Numbered from the stretch's first letter, positions 51,319 to 62,965 are shown. The stretch is 64,000 nt of DNA from an uncultured delta proteobacterium (GCA_963822965.1 CAWGJT010000012.1:448001-512000); one strand, 5' to 3'. Program-made: numbers and translations. Notes: generated by a model from the letters alone, not told the origin.

Positions 51319-52020
51319 GTGCCCATCGAATCCCCCTCCCCCGCCGTCGCCCCGCCCCGTGCGTCCCGCGCCCGCGGAGCGGGCGCCACACGCGGAGAAC
51401 GCGCGGAACGAGGCGAGAAGGGCCGTCGCACCGCGGAGCGCATCCTGGACGTCGCCGAGGAGGTCTTCGCCGACAAGGGATTCGACGGGGCCACCCTGCG
51501 CGACGTCGCGGACGGCGTCGGGATCCGCATCCCCAGCCTCTACAACCACTACGACAGCAAGGAATCGCTGTACGCGGCGGTTCTCGAGCGCGGCATCGGT
51601 CCGGTGCTTCAGACCCTCGCGCAGTCGGCTCTGCGGCGCGGTGACGAGGGCGAGCCCGACGAGATCGTCGAGCAGACCATGCAGCTGCTCGCCCGCCGAC
51701 CGAACCTGCCGCGGCTCGTGCTGCACGAGACCCTGGGCGGCGGCCGGCACCTGCGCAAGATCCTGCAGGGCTGGCTGGGCCCCCTGCTGGCCCAGGCCGA
51801 GCGCCTCGTCGAGGCGCGCCCCGGCGCCTCGCGATGGACGCCCGAGGAGCGCCCGAACCTGGTGCTCGCCATGTATCACATCGTCGTCGGCTACTTCGCC
51901 ATCGCGCCGCTCTACCGCGATCTCGAGCAGACCGACCTGCTTTCCCCCGAAGCCCTGGAGCGACAGACCGAGTTTCTGCGGAAGCTCACGTCGTTGCTCT
52001 TCGGCCCCGAAGCCCGTTGA
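51319..52020 (+). CDS. TetR/AcrR family transcriptional regulator
   Basis: ILDVAEEVFADKGFDGATLRDVA..VGI...SLYNHYDSKESL. Confidence 0.92.
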   Translation: MPIESPSPAVAPPRASRARGAGATRGERAERGEKGRRTAERILDVAEEVFADKGFDGATLRDVADGVGIRIPSLYNHYDSKESLYAAVLERGIGPVLQTLAQSALRRGDEGEPDEIVEQTMQLLARRPNLPRLVLHETLGGGRHLRKILQGWLGPLLAQAERLVEARPGASRWTPEERPNLVLAMYHIVVGYFAIAPLYRDLEQTDLLSPEALERQTEFLRKLTSLLFGPEAR

Positions 52021-52024
52021 GCCG

Positions 52025-53292
52025 ATGAGGCCCCAGAACCGGGCAGGAGATCCGAAAGTGGACGTGAACGTCTCGTTCGTCACCGCCTCTTCCTGGGACG
52101 AGAACATGCCCGCGCGCATGAAGTGGCTGCGGGAGAACGATCCCGTCCACTGGTCCGAGCCCGACGGGTTGTGGGTCGTCTCTCGCTTCGAAGACGTCTC
52201 GTACGTCTCGAAGAACCAGCAGCTCTTCACGTCGGCCCGGGGCGTCCGCCCGGGCAACGACGCCCGGCTCGGCCTGATCGACGAGGGCGAGCCCCGCCAC
52301 GGTCAGCTCCGCAAGCTCATCAACCGCGGCTTCACGCCCCGCATGGTGAAGAAGCTCGAGAAGGCCTTCCGGGAGATCACCACCGAGGCGATCGACGCCA
52401 TCGCCAAGGACGGGCAGTGCGACTTCGTGCACGACATCGCCGTGCCCCTGCCGTTGCTGCTGATCGCGGAGATGATCGGCATCCGCAAGGAGGACCGGCA
52501 TCGCTTCCACGAGTGGTCGGACGCGATGATCGCGGGCGACGGCAACTTCCACAACCCGGAGATCATCGCCAAGGCCGGCGCTGCCTTCATGGCCTACTCG
52601 ACCTACGTGACCCAGATCATCGAGAGCCGCCGGCGAGAGCCGAAGGACGACCTGGTGAGCATCCTCGTGGGCGCGAAGGACGACGGCTTCCTCGAGACCT
52701 TCGAGGCGCGCAAGGCCCACGGCGAGATGGGGTTCGACGAGGAGCACGAGTCGCTGGCCAACGACGAGCTGGTGATGCTGCTGGTGCTGCTGATGGTGGC
52801 CGGCAACGAGACGACCCGGAACGCCCTGTCCGGCGGCATGCAGCTCCTGATCGAGAACCCGGACCAGCGCCAGAAGCTGATCGACGATCCCTCGCTCGAT
52901 CCCGTCCGCCTGCGAGGAGATCGTGCGCATCGTGTCGCCGGTGCACTCGTTCTCGCGCACGGTGCTCGAGGACACGGAGCTGCACGGCGTCCAGCTGAAG
53001 GAGGGCCAGCGGGTGCTGATGCTCTACCCGTCGGCGAACCACGACGCGAGCCAGTTCCCGGACCCGGAAGCCTTCGACGTCGACCCGCAACCCCCAGCAC
53101 CTGGGCTTCGGGATCGGCACGCACTTCTGCCTGGGCGCGAACCTCGCCCGCATGGAGCTGCGGGTGGCCTTCGGCGAGCTGCTGCGCCGCCTGCCCGACA
53201 TGGAGTACGCGGCGGGAGGCCCGGTGATCGTCCCGTCCTCGCTCGTCCGCTCCTGCACCGAGATGAAGGTGAAGTTCACGCCGGAGACCTGA
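52025..53292 (+). CDS. Cytochrome P450 (two apparent +1 frameshifts at ~52898 and ~53082)
   Basis: AGNETTRN I-helix, EEIVR ExxR motif, YPSANHD, heme motif [13 protein letters not shown]. Confidence 0.92.
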
Positions 53293-53343
53293 TCCGGGGA
53301 GGGTGCGGGTTCCGGGCGGAGCTTCTCGCGGGGGGAGCACGAG

Positions 53344-53861
53344 GCGGGGCGCCAGGCGTCCTGCGCTCCATGGCTCGCCTGTTCTTTCTTGCGGCTACGG
53401 GGTGGGGTTGCTTCGGAGCGCCTGGGTGCCGCTTCGGGGCGCTTTGGGGCTGCGCTCTACTTCCGCGCAGGACGCCTGGCGCCCCGCTCGCGCTGCCTCG
53501 GTGGCTCGCTGGAGTGCTCGTTCGTCCCGGTCAGGCCCCCGGCGTTTGGGAGAGGGGGTGCCAGCTCGGGAATCGTGGCGTTGCCCCGGCGAGCTTCACG
53601 GCTGGCGGGTCTGCCCGGGCAGCGCGGGCGCGAGGCCGGCCACGGCGCCAATCCGCGGGCTGCCTCCACCCGCCCATCCCAACCGCCGGCCCCGCGCCGC
53701 GACCTCGCTCGCTCGGGGTGGGTCGCGGGGCGGTCTGCGCGGAAGTAAAGCGCAGCCAGAGCTGCCGCATGGAAGCACGCAAGCCGCCGAAGCGAAGCGG
53801 TGCGTAGATCGCACGAAAGAGCAGCGAGCCATGAAGCGCAGACCGCCCCGCGACCCACCCC
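53344..53861. repeat. Composite palindromic intergenic element: two inverted ~145-bp hairpin units around an imperfectly palindromic core
   Basis: Perfect inverted repeats 53344-53366/53465-53487 (23 bp) and 53715-53740/53836-53861 (26 bp). The internal segments are homologous in opposite orientation. Confidence 0.85.
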
Positions 53862-53898
53862 CGACCCACCTCGATACAACGCCAAGGGGCCGGCGGGC

Positions 53899-54597
53899 TC
53901 AGTCTCCCTTCCACCAGGGGGCGTCGGGGGCGTGGATGCCTCGGAAGAGGAGGTCGACGCCGTTGCGGATCGAGCGGCGGCAGGCCTGGGCGCCGACGAG
54001 ACCGTTGGCCCACGGGATTCGCGCTCCCTGGGTGATGTGGAAGAGCGTCGAGGCCGCTTCGAGGACGTTCAGGTCGAGCACCAGGTCTTCGCGCTTTCGA
54101 CCCATCTGCAGGATCTCCGCGAGCAGGCCGATGGTGCGGTCGTTCAGGACGAGCGAGCGACGGGCCACCCGGGCCTCGGGCTTGGTGGTCGCGCGCAGCG
54201 CGATCATGGTGAGATCGCGGTCGGCGTCCAGCAGCTGGTGCTGCACCTCGAGGAAGTGGTGGATCCGCTGCCGGGTGGGACGGGCGCGGTCGTCGTCCTC
54301 GCGGAAGCGGCGCCAGGCCTCCTCCTGGATGGCGTCGAGCTCGTCGATCAGCAGCTCTTCCTTGCTCTGGACGTGGCGGTAGATCGAGCTCGCCCCCATG
54401 CCGGCGCGCTTGGCGATCTCGCGCAGGGTGGCGCCGTCGAATCCCTTCTCGCGGAACAGCTCGCGCGCGGCGCGGCGGATGCGCTCGCGGCTCTTGCGGC
54501 CTCGAACGAGGCGACCGTCGTCGTCGCGCAGCGACGGGCGCTGCGTGCGCTCGGAAGCCTTCACCTTGCCTCGCGGCGGTCCGGCTGCGGTCGACAT
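53899..54597 (-). CDS. TetR/AcrR family transcriptional regulator
   Basis: ARELFREKGFDGATLREIAKRAGM..SSIYRHVQSKEELL. Confidence 0.92.
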   Translation of the reverse strand: MSTAAGPPRGKVKASERTQRPSLRDDDGRLVRGRKSRERIRRAARELFREKGFDGATLREIAKRAGMGASSIYRHVQSKEELLIDELDAIQEEAWRRFREDDDRARPTRQRIHHFLEVQHQLLDADRDLTMIALRATTKPEARVARRSLVLNDRTIGLLAEILQMGRKREDLVLDLNVLEAASTLFHITQGARIPWANGLVGAQACRRSIRNGVDLLFRGIHAPDAPWWKGD

Positions 54598-54685
54598 GAA
54601 CGCGAACAAAGTCGCAAACTCGGGAGATTCCGCCAGCGGAGGCCGTCAGAATCCTCGACTTTGCGGGAGGATCGCCAGAACGCAG

Positions 54686-54716
54686 GAAGGCCCGACCCTG
54701 GACGGGTCGGGCCTTC
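54686..54716 (-). terminator. Perfect 13-bp hairpin, terminator-like
   Basis: GAAGGCCCGACCC-tggac-GGGTCGGGCCTTC. Confidence 0.6.
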
Positions 54717-54905
54717 TGACGCCGAATGTCCCCTTCCCGGGGGCGCCCAGCCGGTCCCGCAGCGCTCTGGCGGCGCAGCGTGGCCGCGAGGGTGCCCGGA
54801 GGCGTCGGCTGGTTCCTTGTCTCACGGCACGCGCCCTGCGGTCAAGCGAAAACGGCGGGAAAAAACCTCAGTGGGGACGCCGCCGGGCGACCCGCCGGGG
54901 CCGCC

Positions 54906-55712
54906 TCACAGCAGCTTCTCGGGGTTCTCGAGCTTCTCCTTCAGCCGATCCATGGCGATGCCCGCGTACATGCCGTCTTCGACCCGCTCGTCGTAGCTGT
55001 AGTTGACGTTCATGATCTGGACGCCGTCGGCACGCTTCCGGAAGCCGCCGATCACGCCGAACATCGAGCACGTGCCGTACTCCCACAGGTGGTGGTAGCC
55101 GGCGGCGAGTCCCACGGATCCGAGGTTCGCGATGAAGAGCGACGTGAAGAGCGGGTCGTCGTCGATCATCTGCCGCGTGAGCAGGTTCCAGTGGTTGGCC
55201 TTGTCGAGGAGCCACAGGCCCGCCTTCACCACGAAGGGCGGCATCTCGAGCGCGAGCTTCATCTCCTTGTCGCTGCGGTTCTCGCGTCCCTGCCGGCGTG
55301 CGCGCAGGTTGTCGAGGATCGAATCGATCATCTGCTCGAGGCTCTCTCCTTCCGGAAAGATGCGCTTGACGGTCACCATGGGCGCCCCGTCCAGGAGCTC
55401 CTGCTTGGCGCTGAACGTGATCGCCAGGTGATTGCGTTGCCACAGCCGGCTGCCGGCCACGAAGCGATTGACGCCGGGCCGCTCGCGGATGGTGAGGCTC
55501 GCCGAGCGCAGATAGAGGTGGAAGAGCGTGGCCTGGGAGTTCTCCGGACGCCGGCTGTTGAGCTCGGCCAGGAAGGCGTTCGCGGCATCGAGCTCGATCT
55601 CCGTCTGGTAGAGGACCAGCGCGTCGTTCCGCCGCGGCGAGATGAACGGCATGAACTTCCGCATGCGCGACAGGTCGCGAATGCGCTCTCCATCGGGACG
55701 GGTGAAGATCAC
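54906..55712 (-). CDS. Stand-alone 2-oxoacid dehydrogenase E2 / CAT-like acyltransferase domain protein
   Basis: RPGVNRF, SLFIANLGSVG, YDERVEDG, LENPEKLL end. No lipoyl domain. GAGGAGG RBS. Confidence 0.75.
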   Translation of the reverse strand: MIFTRPDGERIRDLSRMRKFMPFISPRRNDALVLYQTEIELDAANAFLAELNSRRPENSQATLFHLYLRSASLTIRERPGVNRFVAGSRLWQRNHLAITFSAKQELLDGAPMVTVKRIFPEGESLEQMIDSILDNLRARRQGRENRSDKEMKLALEMPPFVVKAGLWLLDKANHWNLLTRQMIDDDPLFTSLFIANLGSVGLAAGYHHLWEYGTCSMFGVIGGFRKRADGVQIMNVNYSYDERVEDGMYAGIAMDRLKEKLENPEKLL

Positions 55713-55722
55713 GTGGGCCTCC

Positions 55723-56406
55723 TCATTCGATTCGTCGTGCGGCCGACGGCGCGCAGGGCGCGTCACCCGGGACGCCCACGAGGACGGCCCTGCGCGACAG
55801 ACACCAGACCCGGGCACCGAGCACCTCGAGCTCGAGCTGGACCGTGAATCCGGCCTGGCCGTAGAAGGCCAGGTTCTGCTCGCGGTCGGTCTCGAGATAG
55901 CTCGGCATGGCGGTACGGTCGACTGAATCGAGCCACGAAGAAAGCAGCGCCCGGCCGATCCCCTGCCCTTGATGGGGTGGATCCACCCCGATCAGTGACA
56001 GATACCAGTGCGGGTGGACCGGGTGCACGGCCTCGAGGGTTCGATAGACCTCGCCCCAGCGCGAGGCGACCCGCAGCCCCTGTCCGACGAGCGACCGCAG
56101 ATGGGCGAGCAGCGGGGGCGGCGGTAGCGGAAACCCATCCGGCGGCACCGCGAGCAGGATCCCCAGGGGGGACCCCTCGCGATCGACCCGACTCCGAGCC
56201 GCGAGAACCGTGCAGCTTCCCGCACGGGCCGTACGGAGCGCCGAGCGCATGCCGTGGGCGATCGATCGCAGACGACGCTCGGACCCCGAACCGATCACCG
56301 CCCGGTCGAGCGGGTTGTCGCGAAACGCGCGCGCCAGCACGCCGACGGCCGCCTCTTGCTGGTCGGGGGCGGCTGCGAGGGGCGCGATCACGAGGTCGTC
56401 GTGCAT
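55723..56406 (-). CDS. GNAT family N-acetyltransferase
   Basis: LARAFRDNP, HWYLSLIGVDPPHQGQGIGRALL, YLET...NLAFY..GF. Confidence 0.88.
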   Translation of the reverse strand: MHDDLVIAPLAAAPDQQEAAVGVLARAFRDNPLDRAVIGSGSERRLRSIAHGMRSALRTARAGSCTVLAARSRVDREGSPLGILLAVPPDGFPLPPPPLLAHLRSLVGQGLRVASRWGEVYRTLEAVHPVHPHWYLSLIGVDPPHQGQGIGRALLSSWLDSVDRTAMPSYLETDREQNLAFYGQAGFTVQLELEVLGARVWCLSRRAVLVGVPGDAPCAPSAARRIE

Positions 56407-56595
56407 GGGAGCCGGGAGCGTAGCCTCGAGTGGGCCCGACACGGACGCCCCCCGCGGGCCAACGACGACGGTCAAGCGGTCGAGGGCCCGGCTCGATAAG
56501 CCAAGCAGCCATTCGACCGACGTTCGCACGCCGCGAGCGCGGCACGGGAGAGGTACGACCCGAGTGAGACGGCCCCTGTCACAGGCCCTCGAGAC

Positions 56596-58302
56596 GTGAG
56601 CCACTCGACGGACAAGCGAAGGCGGGAGCGACCCGAAGGCACGTCGCTCTGCCGCGTGAGCTATCGCGACACGTTCGGCGAGGAGAGCACGATCGTCGTG
56701 GGCGACCGGCCGATCCGGATCGGTCGCGCGCCCCACTGCGACCTCGTGCTGGCCGACGAGAGCGTCTCGCGCGAGCACGCGGAGATCGTGCGCAACGCCG
56801 AGGGCTGGGCGATCAGCGACCTCGGCAGCAAGAACGGGCTGAAGATCAACACCTTCAAGACCCGCGGGCAGCAGCTTCGCGACGGCGATTGCGTGGACAT
56901 CGGAACCGCCAAGCTGTGGGTGGAGATCGGGCCCGCGGCGGCCACCGAGCGCGCCCGGGTCGTCTTCCAGCAGGACCCGGGCGGCCGCCGCGCCGAGGTG
57001 CTGGACATGCACCGGCTCGACTCGTTCTTCACGTCCGCGCCGGACATCTCGCTCGCTCCCCTGCTCTCGGGCGACGACGCGAAGGCCCGCTCTCTACGCG
57101 AGACGTCGCTGTCTCTCGACGCGCCGGTGCCCCTGGAAGAGCCGGCGGGGCTGCTGGGCGTGTTCAGCCAGGCCGCGGAGGCCCTGCTCACCTGCGACAC
57201 CCTGGACGAGACCCTGGAGCGCATCCTGGAGCTCGTCTTCCACAACCTCACCGCCGAACGCGGGGTGATCTGCCTCTACGACGAGGAGACCGACACCACC
57301 GAGCCGAAGGTGATGCGCACCCGGGAGGGCATTCCCCAGGAGCCCATCGTCATCAGCACCAACATCGCGAACGACTGCATCAAGCAGCGCCAGTCGCTGC
57401 TCGTCCAGGATGCGAACGTGGACGCACGCTTCGGCGGCGCCGACAGCATCGTGGCCATGTGCATCCATTCGGCCATGTGCGCGCCCCTGTATCGCGAGGG
57501 CCGCGTGGTCGGATTCATCTACGTCGACCAGCAGAGCGAGCTGCAGGCCTTCACGGCCTCCCAGCTCCAGACCCTCTCCACCCTGGCCATCCTGTCGGCC
57601 GTGGCGGTCGAGCAGGCCGCGCTGCGCGACAGCGTGCGCCGCGAGCAGCAGATCCGCTCGCGCCTGGCCCGCTACAGCTCGCCCGCCGTGGTCGATCGCA
57701 TCATCCAGGCACCGGGCGTCTCCGAACGCGGCATGGTGGCCGAGGAGGGCGAGGTCACCGTGCTCTTCGCCGACGTCACCGGCTTCACGCCGCTGGCCGA
57801 GCGCTTGCATCCGAAAGAGGTCGTCGAGCTGCTGAACCAGATCTTCGAGCGGCTGACCCGCGAGGTGTTCGAGCTCGAAGGCACCCTGGACAAGTTCCGC
57901 GGCGACGGCATGATGGCCTTCTTCGGCGCGCCGCTGCCCATGCCCGACCACGCGGCGCGGGCCGTCGAGTGCGCGCTGCGCATGCAGGAGCGCCTCGCCG
58001 AGCTCAACAGCGAGTCCGACGCGCACCGCGAGATCGCCATGCGCATCGGCATCAACTCGGGACCCGTCGTCGTGGGCGACATCGGTTGCCCCGAGCGCAA
58101 GGACTACACGGTGATCGGCGACGTGGTGAACACGGCCAGCCGCCTGGAATCCGCGGTCGCCCGACCCGGGCAGGTGGTGATCGGCCACGCCACCTGGGAG
58201 CACGTCCGTAGCCGCTTCGCGTGCCAGGCCCTGCCCGAGGTCTTCGTCAAGGGAAAGCGCCAGCGGGTGCGGCCGCACCTCGCCCTGCACCGCTTGCGCT
58301 GA
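56596..58302 (+). CDS. FHA-GAF-class III adenylate/guanylate cyclase
   Basis: FHA: IGR, SREHA, DLGSKNG. GAF: SAMCAPL..VGFIYVD. Cyclase: LFADVTGFT, LDKFRGDG, DYTVIGDVVNTASRLE. Confidence 0.92.
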   Translation: MSHSTDKRRRERPEGTSLCRVSYRDTFGEESTIVVGDRPIRIGRAPHCDLVLADESVSREHAEIVRNAEGWAISDLGSKNGLKINTFKTRGQQLRDGDCVDIGTAKLWVEIGPAAATERARVVFQQDPGGRRAEVLDMHRLDSFFTSAPDISLAPLLSGDDAKARSLRETSLSLDAPVPLEEPAGLLGVFSQAAEALLTCDTLDETLERILELVFHNLTAERGVICLYDEETDTTEPKVMRTREGIPQEPIVISTNIANDCIKQRQSLLVQDANVDARFGGADSIVAMCIHSAMCAPLYREGRVVGFIYVDQQSELQAFTASQLQTLSTLAILSAVAVEQAALRDSVRREQQIRSRLARYSSPAVVDRIIQAPGVSERGMVAEEGEVTVLFADVTGFTPLAERLHPKEVVELLNQIFERLTREVFELEGTLDKFRGDGMMAFFGAPLPMPDHAARAVECALRMQERLAELNSESDAHREIAMRIGINSGPVVVGDIGCPERKDYTVIGDVVNTASRLESAVARPGQVVIGHATWEHVRSRFACQALPEVFVKGKRQRVRPHLALHRLR

Positions 58303-58447
58303 CCGGCGGGTCCTTCGGATCCACGGGCGTGTCCCGCGAGTCCCCGACGCCGCGGCAACCGGCGAGGGCCCCTGGGGAGCGCGGCCCCGGACGACTATCC
58401 TCAGCGACTCCCGTCTCCCGCCCGGCTTCGCAGCGAGGGGTCCCCCG

Positions 58448-59678
58448 ATGAGCAGCGACACCAACGAATCCCTGGCCGCGCGCGCCCGCGCGGTCCTCGT
58501 CGGCAACTACCGGCCCCAGCCGATCACCCTGGTCACGGGGCGCGGCTGCCGGATCGAGGACGCCGACGGAAACCGCTACCTCGATCTCTCGGGCGGCATC
58601 GCCACGACGGTGCTCGGCCACTGCCATCCTGCGCTGCTGCGCGCGCTCGACGAGCAGGCCCGGCACGTATGGCACGTCTCGAACATCTACACGACGCGCC
58701 CGCCCATCGAGCTGGCGGAGCGGCTGGTGCTCCACTCGTTCGCCGACCGCGTCTTCTTCTGCAACTCGGGCGCCGAGGCCAACGAGGCAGCCCTCAAGCT
58801 GGCGCGCCGCTGGCATCGGAGCCGCGGCGACGACCGCTTCGAGATCGTCGCCTTCCACGGCGGCTTCCACGGCCGCACGCTTGTTCACCGTGAGCGCCAC
58901 CGGCACGCCCGCCTACTGGAAGGGCTTCGAGCCCCTGGTGCCCGGCATCCACCACGCCGCCTACGGAGACCTGGCCGCCACGAAGGCGCTGCTCGGCGCG
59001 AACACCGCGGCCATCCTGGTGGAGCCGGTCCAGGGCGAGGGCGGCGTGCGGCCCGCGCCCGAGGGCTTCCTGCGCGGCCTTCGCGAGCTGGCCGACGAGA
59101 ACGGCTGTCTGCTGATCTTCGACGAGGTGCAGACGGGCATGGGCCGCACGGGAACGCTCTTCGCCCACGAGCCACACGGCGTGACCCCCGACGTGATGAC
59201 CCTCGCCAAGGCCCTGGGCGGCGGCATCCCCATCGGCGCCATGCTGGCGACCGAGCGGGTGGCGGGTGCGCTGGTGCCCGGCAGCCACGGCTCGACGTTC
59301 GGCGGCAACCCCCTCGCCTGCGCCTGTGCGTGCGCGGTGCTGGACACGCTCCTCGAAGAGGGCGTCCTCGCCCACGGCCGCAGCATGGGCGAGCGGCTGC
59401 GGGAAGAGCTCGCCGCCATGGCGTCGCGCCTGGGGCCGGAGCGGGTCACCGACACACGAGGCGTCGGCCTGCTGCGAGGCGTGGAGCTGACCCAGCCCGC
59501 GGCGCCGGTGGTTGCCCGCTGTCGCGAGCAGGGCGTACTCGTGATCACCGCCGGCGAGAAGGTGCTGCGGCTGGCGCCGCCCCTGGTGATCGAGTGGTCC
59601 GAGCTGCAGGAGGGCCTCGCGGTCATCGAGGCCGCCATCTCCAAGGAGATCCCGGCGGGCGAGATCCCGGCCGACTGA
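58448..59678 (+). CDS. argD: Acetylornithine aminotransferase (class III PLP enzyme; one apparent +1 frameshift near 58881)
   Basis: FFCNSGAEANEAALK, FHGRT, EPVQGEGG, DEVQTGMGRTG, LAKALGGG, HGSTFGGNP. Confidence 0.9.
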
Positions 59679-59691
59679 GCGCGCAGGATCT

Positions 59692-59751
59692 CGGGGCTTC
59701 GGCCTCAGAGACCGCCCGGGGCTTCGGCCTCAGAGACCGCCCGGGGCTTCG
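59692..59751. repeat. 25-bp tandem duplication (2.4 copies) spanning the MFS gene stop codon
   Basis: CGGGGCTTCGGCCTCAGAGACCGCC twice, then CGGGGCTTCG. Confidence 0.9.
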
Positions 59752-60977
59752 CTCGGTACGCTCGGGGTGGTCCGCGCCAGGGCCAGGCGTAGCACGGCGA
59801 CCACCCCGCAGACGGCCACGCCGAGCAGGCTCAGGGTTACGCGCTCGCCGAGGACGTCGCCCAGCAGCCCCACCGGCAGCCCCATCAGACCGAAGCCGCC
59901 GAATGCCATCATGACGAGCGACATCACGCGACCCGCGTAGAAGGGCTCGGTCTCGCGGATCACCACGGCGCCCGAGAGGGTCTGGAAGGCGCCGGTGGTC
60001 GCGCCGATCAGCAGCATGGCCGCGATGGCCGCCTCGAAGGTCGGCACCCAGGCCAGCACCAGCAGCGAGAGGCCGAAGCCCACCCCCATGGCGACGAAGA
60101 TCGAGACCGCTGCCGGCGAGTCCGCAAGGCGCGCGACCCACAGGCTCGAGGCGAGGGCCGCCAGCGCCGACAGGCCGAAGAGCAGGCTGATCGACTCCGC
60201 CGGGTGTCCCAGCTGATTCTCCACGAGGCCGGGCAGCAGGGTGATGTGCGGCATGCCGAGCATCACCACCCCCATGAAGAGCAGCACCAGCACCCGCAGC
60301 CGCGGCTGGTCGCGCACGTAGCGCAGGCCGGCGGTCACGTCCTGCAGGACGCGCGTCTCGTGGGCGTTCGCGCGCACCGGCGAAGACGGAAGCTGCAGCA
60401 CCGTCACGACGGCGAGGCTGTAGAGTCCTCCCATCGTCAGGTAGGCGCCCGTGGCGCCGGTGACGCTCCAGGCGAGCAGCACCCCGGCGATCGCCGGGCC
60501 CAGGGCCCGCGACGCGTTGTTCGCCACCTGCGAGAGGGCGATGGCGTTGCCGCGCCGGGACGGCTGGACCAGCTCCACCACGAAGGCCTGCCGGGTGGGC
60601 CCCAGGAACGCGAAGGTGGCGCCCATCACGAACGAGCCCGCCGCCAGGAATGCGACCTGGATTCGGTGGGTGGCCATCAGGAAGGCCAGCGCCAGGAAGA
60701 CCGTGGTCGTGACGAGCTGACAGCTGGCGATCACCCGCCGCTTCGGCAGGCGATCGGCCAGCGCCCCGCCGAGCGGGCCGAGAGAGAACATCGCGAGGCC
60801 CTGGCCGAAGACCACGAAGCCCACGGCCGAGTTGTTGCCGGTGAGCCCGAAGGCGACAACGCTCTGGACCACCGTCGACATGAAGAAGGCCATGAACGCG
60901 AGGAACGTTCCCAGCCACAGCACCCGGAAGTTGCGCTCGGAGAGGGCCGCGAACGTCTGCTGCAGCCAGGTCTTCAT
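59730..60977 (-). CDS. MFS transporter
   Basis: About 12 TM helices, GGALADRLPKRR, GRVMS. Confidence 0.9.
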   Translation of the reverse strand: MKTWLQQTFAALSERNFRVLWLGTFLAFMAFFMSTVVQSVVAFGLTGNNSAVGFVVFGQGLAMFSLGPLGGALADRLPKRRVIASCQLVTTTVFLALAFLMATHRIQVAFLAAGSFVMGATFAFLGPTRQAFVVELVQPSRRGNAIALSQVANNASRALGPAIAGVLLAWSVTGATGAYLTMGGLYSLAVVTVLQLPSSPVRANAHETRVLQDVTAGLRYVRDQPRLRVLVLLFMGVVMLGMPHITLLPGLVENQLGHPAESISLLFGLSALAALASSLWVARLADSPAAVSIFVAMGVGFGLSLLVLAWVPTFEAAIAAMLLIGATTGAFQTLSGAVVIRETEPFYAGRVMSLVMMAFGGFGLMGLPVGLLGDVLGERVTLSLLGVAVCGVVAVLRLALARTTPSVPSEAPGGL

Positions 60978-61058
60978 CGAAGGGAACCCCGGAACGACGG
61001 TCGCGCGGTGGAGACGGTGGAGGGCGCAGGAAGCGAATCGCGCGGGCCGCCTTCGAGC

Positions 61059-61839
61059 CTATCGCCCCTTCCAGGCGGGCTTCCGCTTCTCCGCGAAGGC
61101 GCGGGGTCCCTCGACGAAGTCCTCGCTCTTGATCATCGCGTGGATGCCCTCGTAGCGCACCGCCATGGCCTCCTCGATGGTGCCGTGGGCGAGGCCCTGC
61201 ATGGCGGCCTGCTTGGTGGCCCGCACCGAGAGCGGCGCGCACTCGCAGATCTGCTCCGCCCAGCGCCGCGCCGTGGCCATCAGCTCGGCGGCGGGCACCA
61301 CCTCGTTGACGAAGCCCAGAGCGTGGCCCTCTTCGGCGGAGACCCGGCGTCCGGTCAGCATCATGCCCATGGCGTGCTTCAGCGGAATCTGTCGCGGCAG
61401 GCGATGGATGCCGCCGGCCAGGGCCGCCAGGCCGACGCGCGGCTCGGGCAGCGCGAACTTCGCGTCCTCGGAGGCGATGATGAGGTCGCAGGCCAGCGCG
61501 ATCTCGAAGCCCCCGCCCATGGCCACGCCGTTCACCGCGGCGATCACCGGCTTGTCGCAGTCGTAGCGGGCGGTGAGGCCCGCCGAAGCCGCGGGGCGGC
61601 ACCGTCACCCCGCCCTTCATCTTGCCCTCGGCCTGGTACTTGAGGTCGTTGCCCGCGCAGAAGCCTCGACCCGCGCCGGTGATGATCGCGACCCACAGCT
61701 CGGGATCTGCGGCGAACTCGTCGAAGACCTCGCCCAGCTCCGCGTTGGCCGGCGGATGCAGGGCGTTCAGCAGCTCGGGACGATTCAGGGTGACGGTCAG
61801 GATGCGCCCATCGCGGTCGACCTGGCAGTACTCGGGCAT
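61059..61839 (-). CDS. Enoyl-CoA hydratase family (CaiD-like); one apparent +1 frameshift near 61580
   Basis: TLNRPELLNAL, FCAGNDLK, GGGFEIALACD, FALPEPRVG, AFAEKRKPAWKGR. Confidence 0.9.
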
Positions 61840-61900
61840 GGGGGGCTCCTCTTCTCGGGTGTCGCCGGTGTCCCGGACGGCTTCGAAGGAAGTGCGCGGT

Positions 61901-62965
<1,065 letters not shown>

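Noticed and set aside
53300..53898. Protein-coding ORFs or an autonomous IS in the P450-tetR gap
   Set aside because: The ORFs lack motifs and typical codon bias, and there is no transposase signature. The region is explained by nested inverted repeats.
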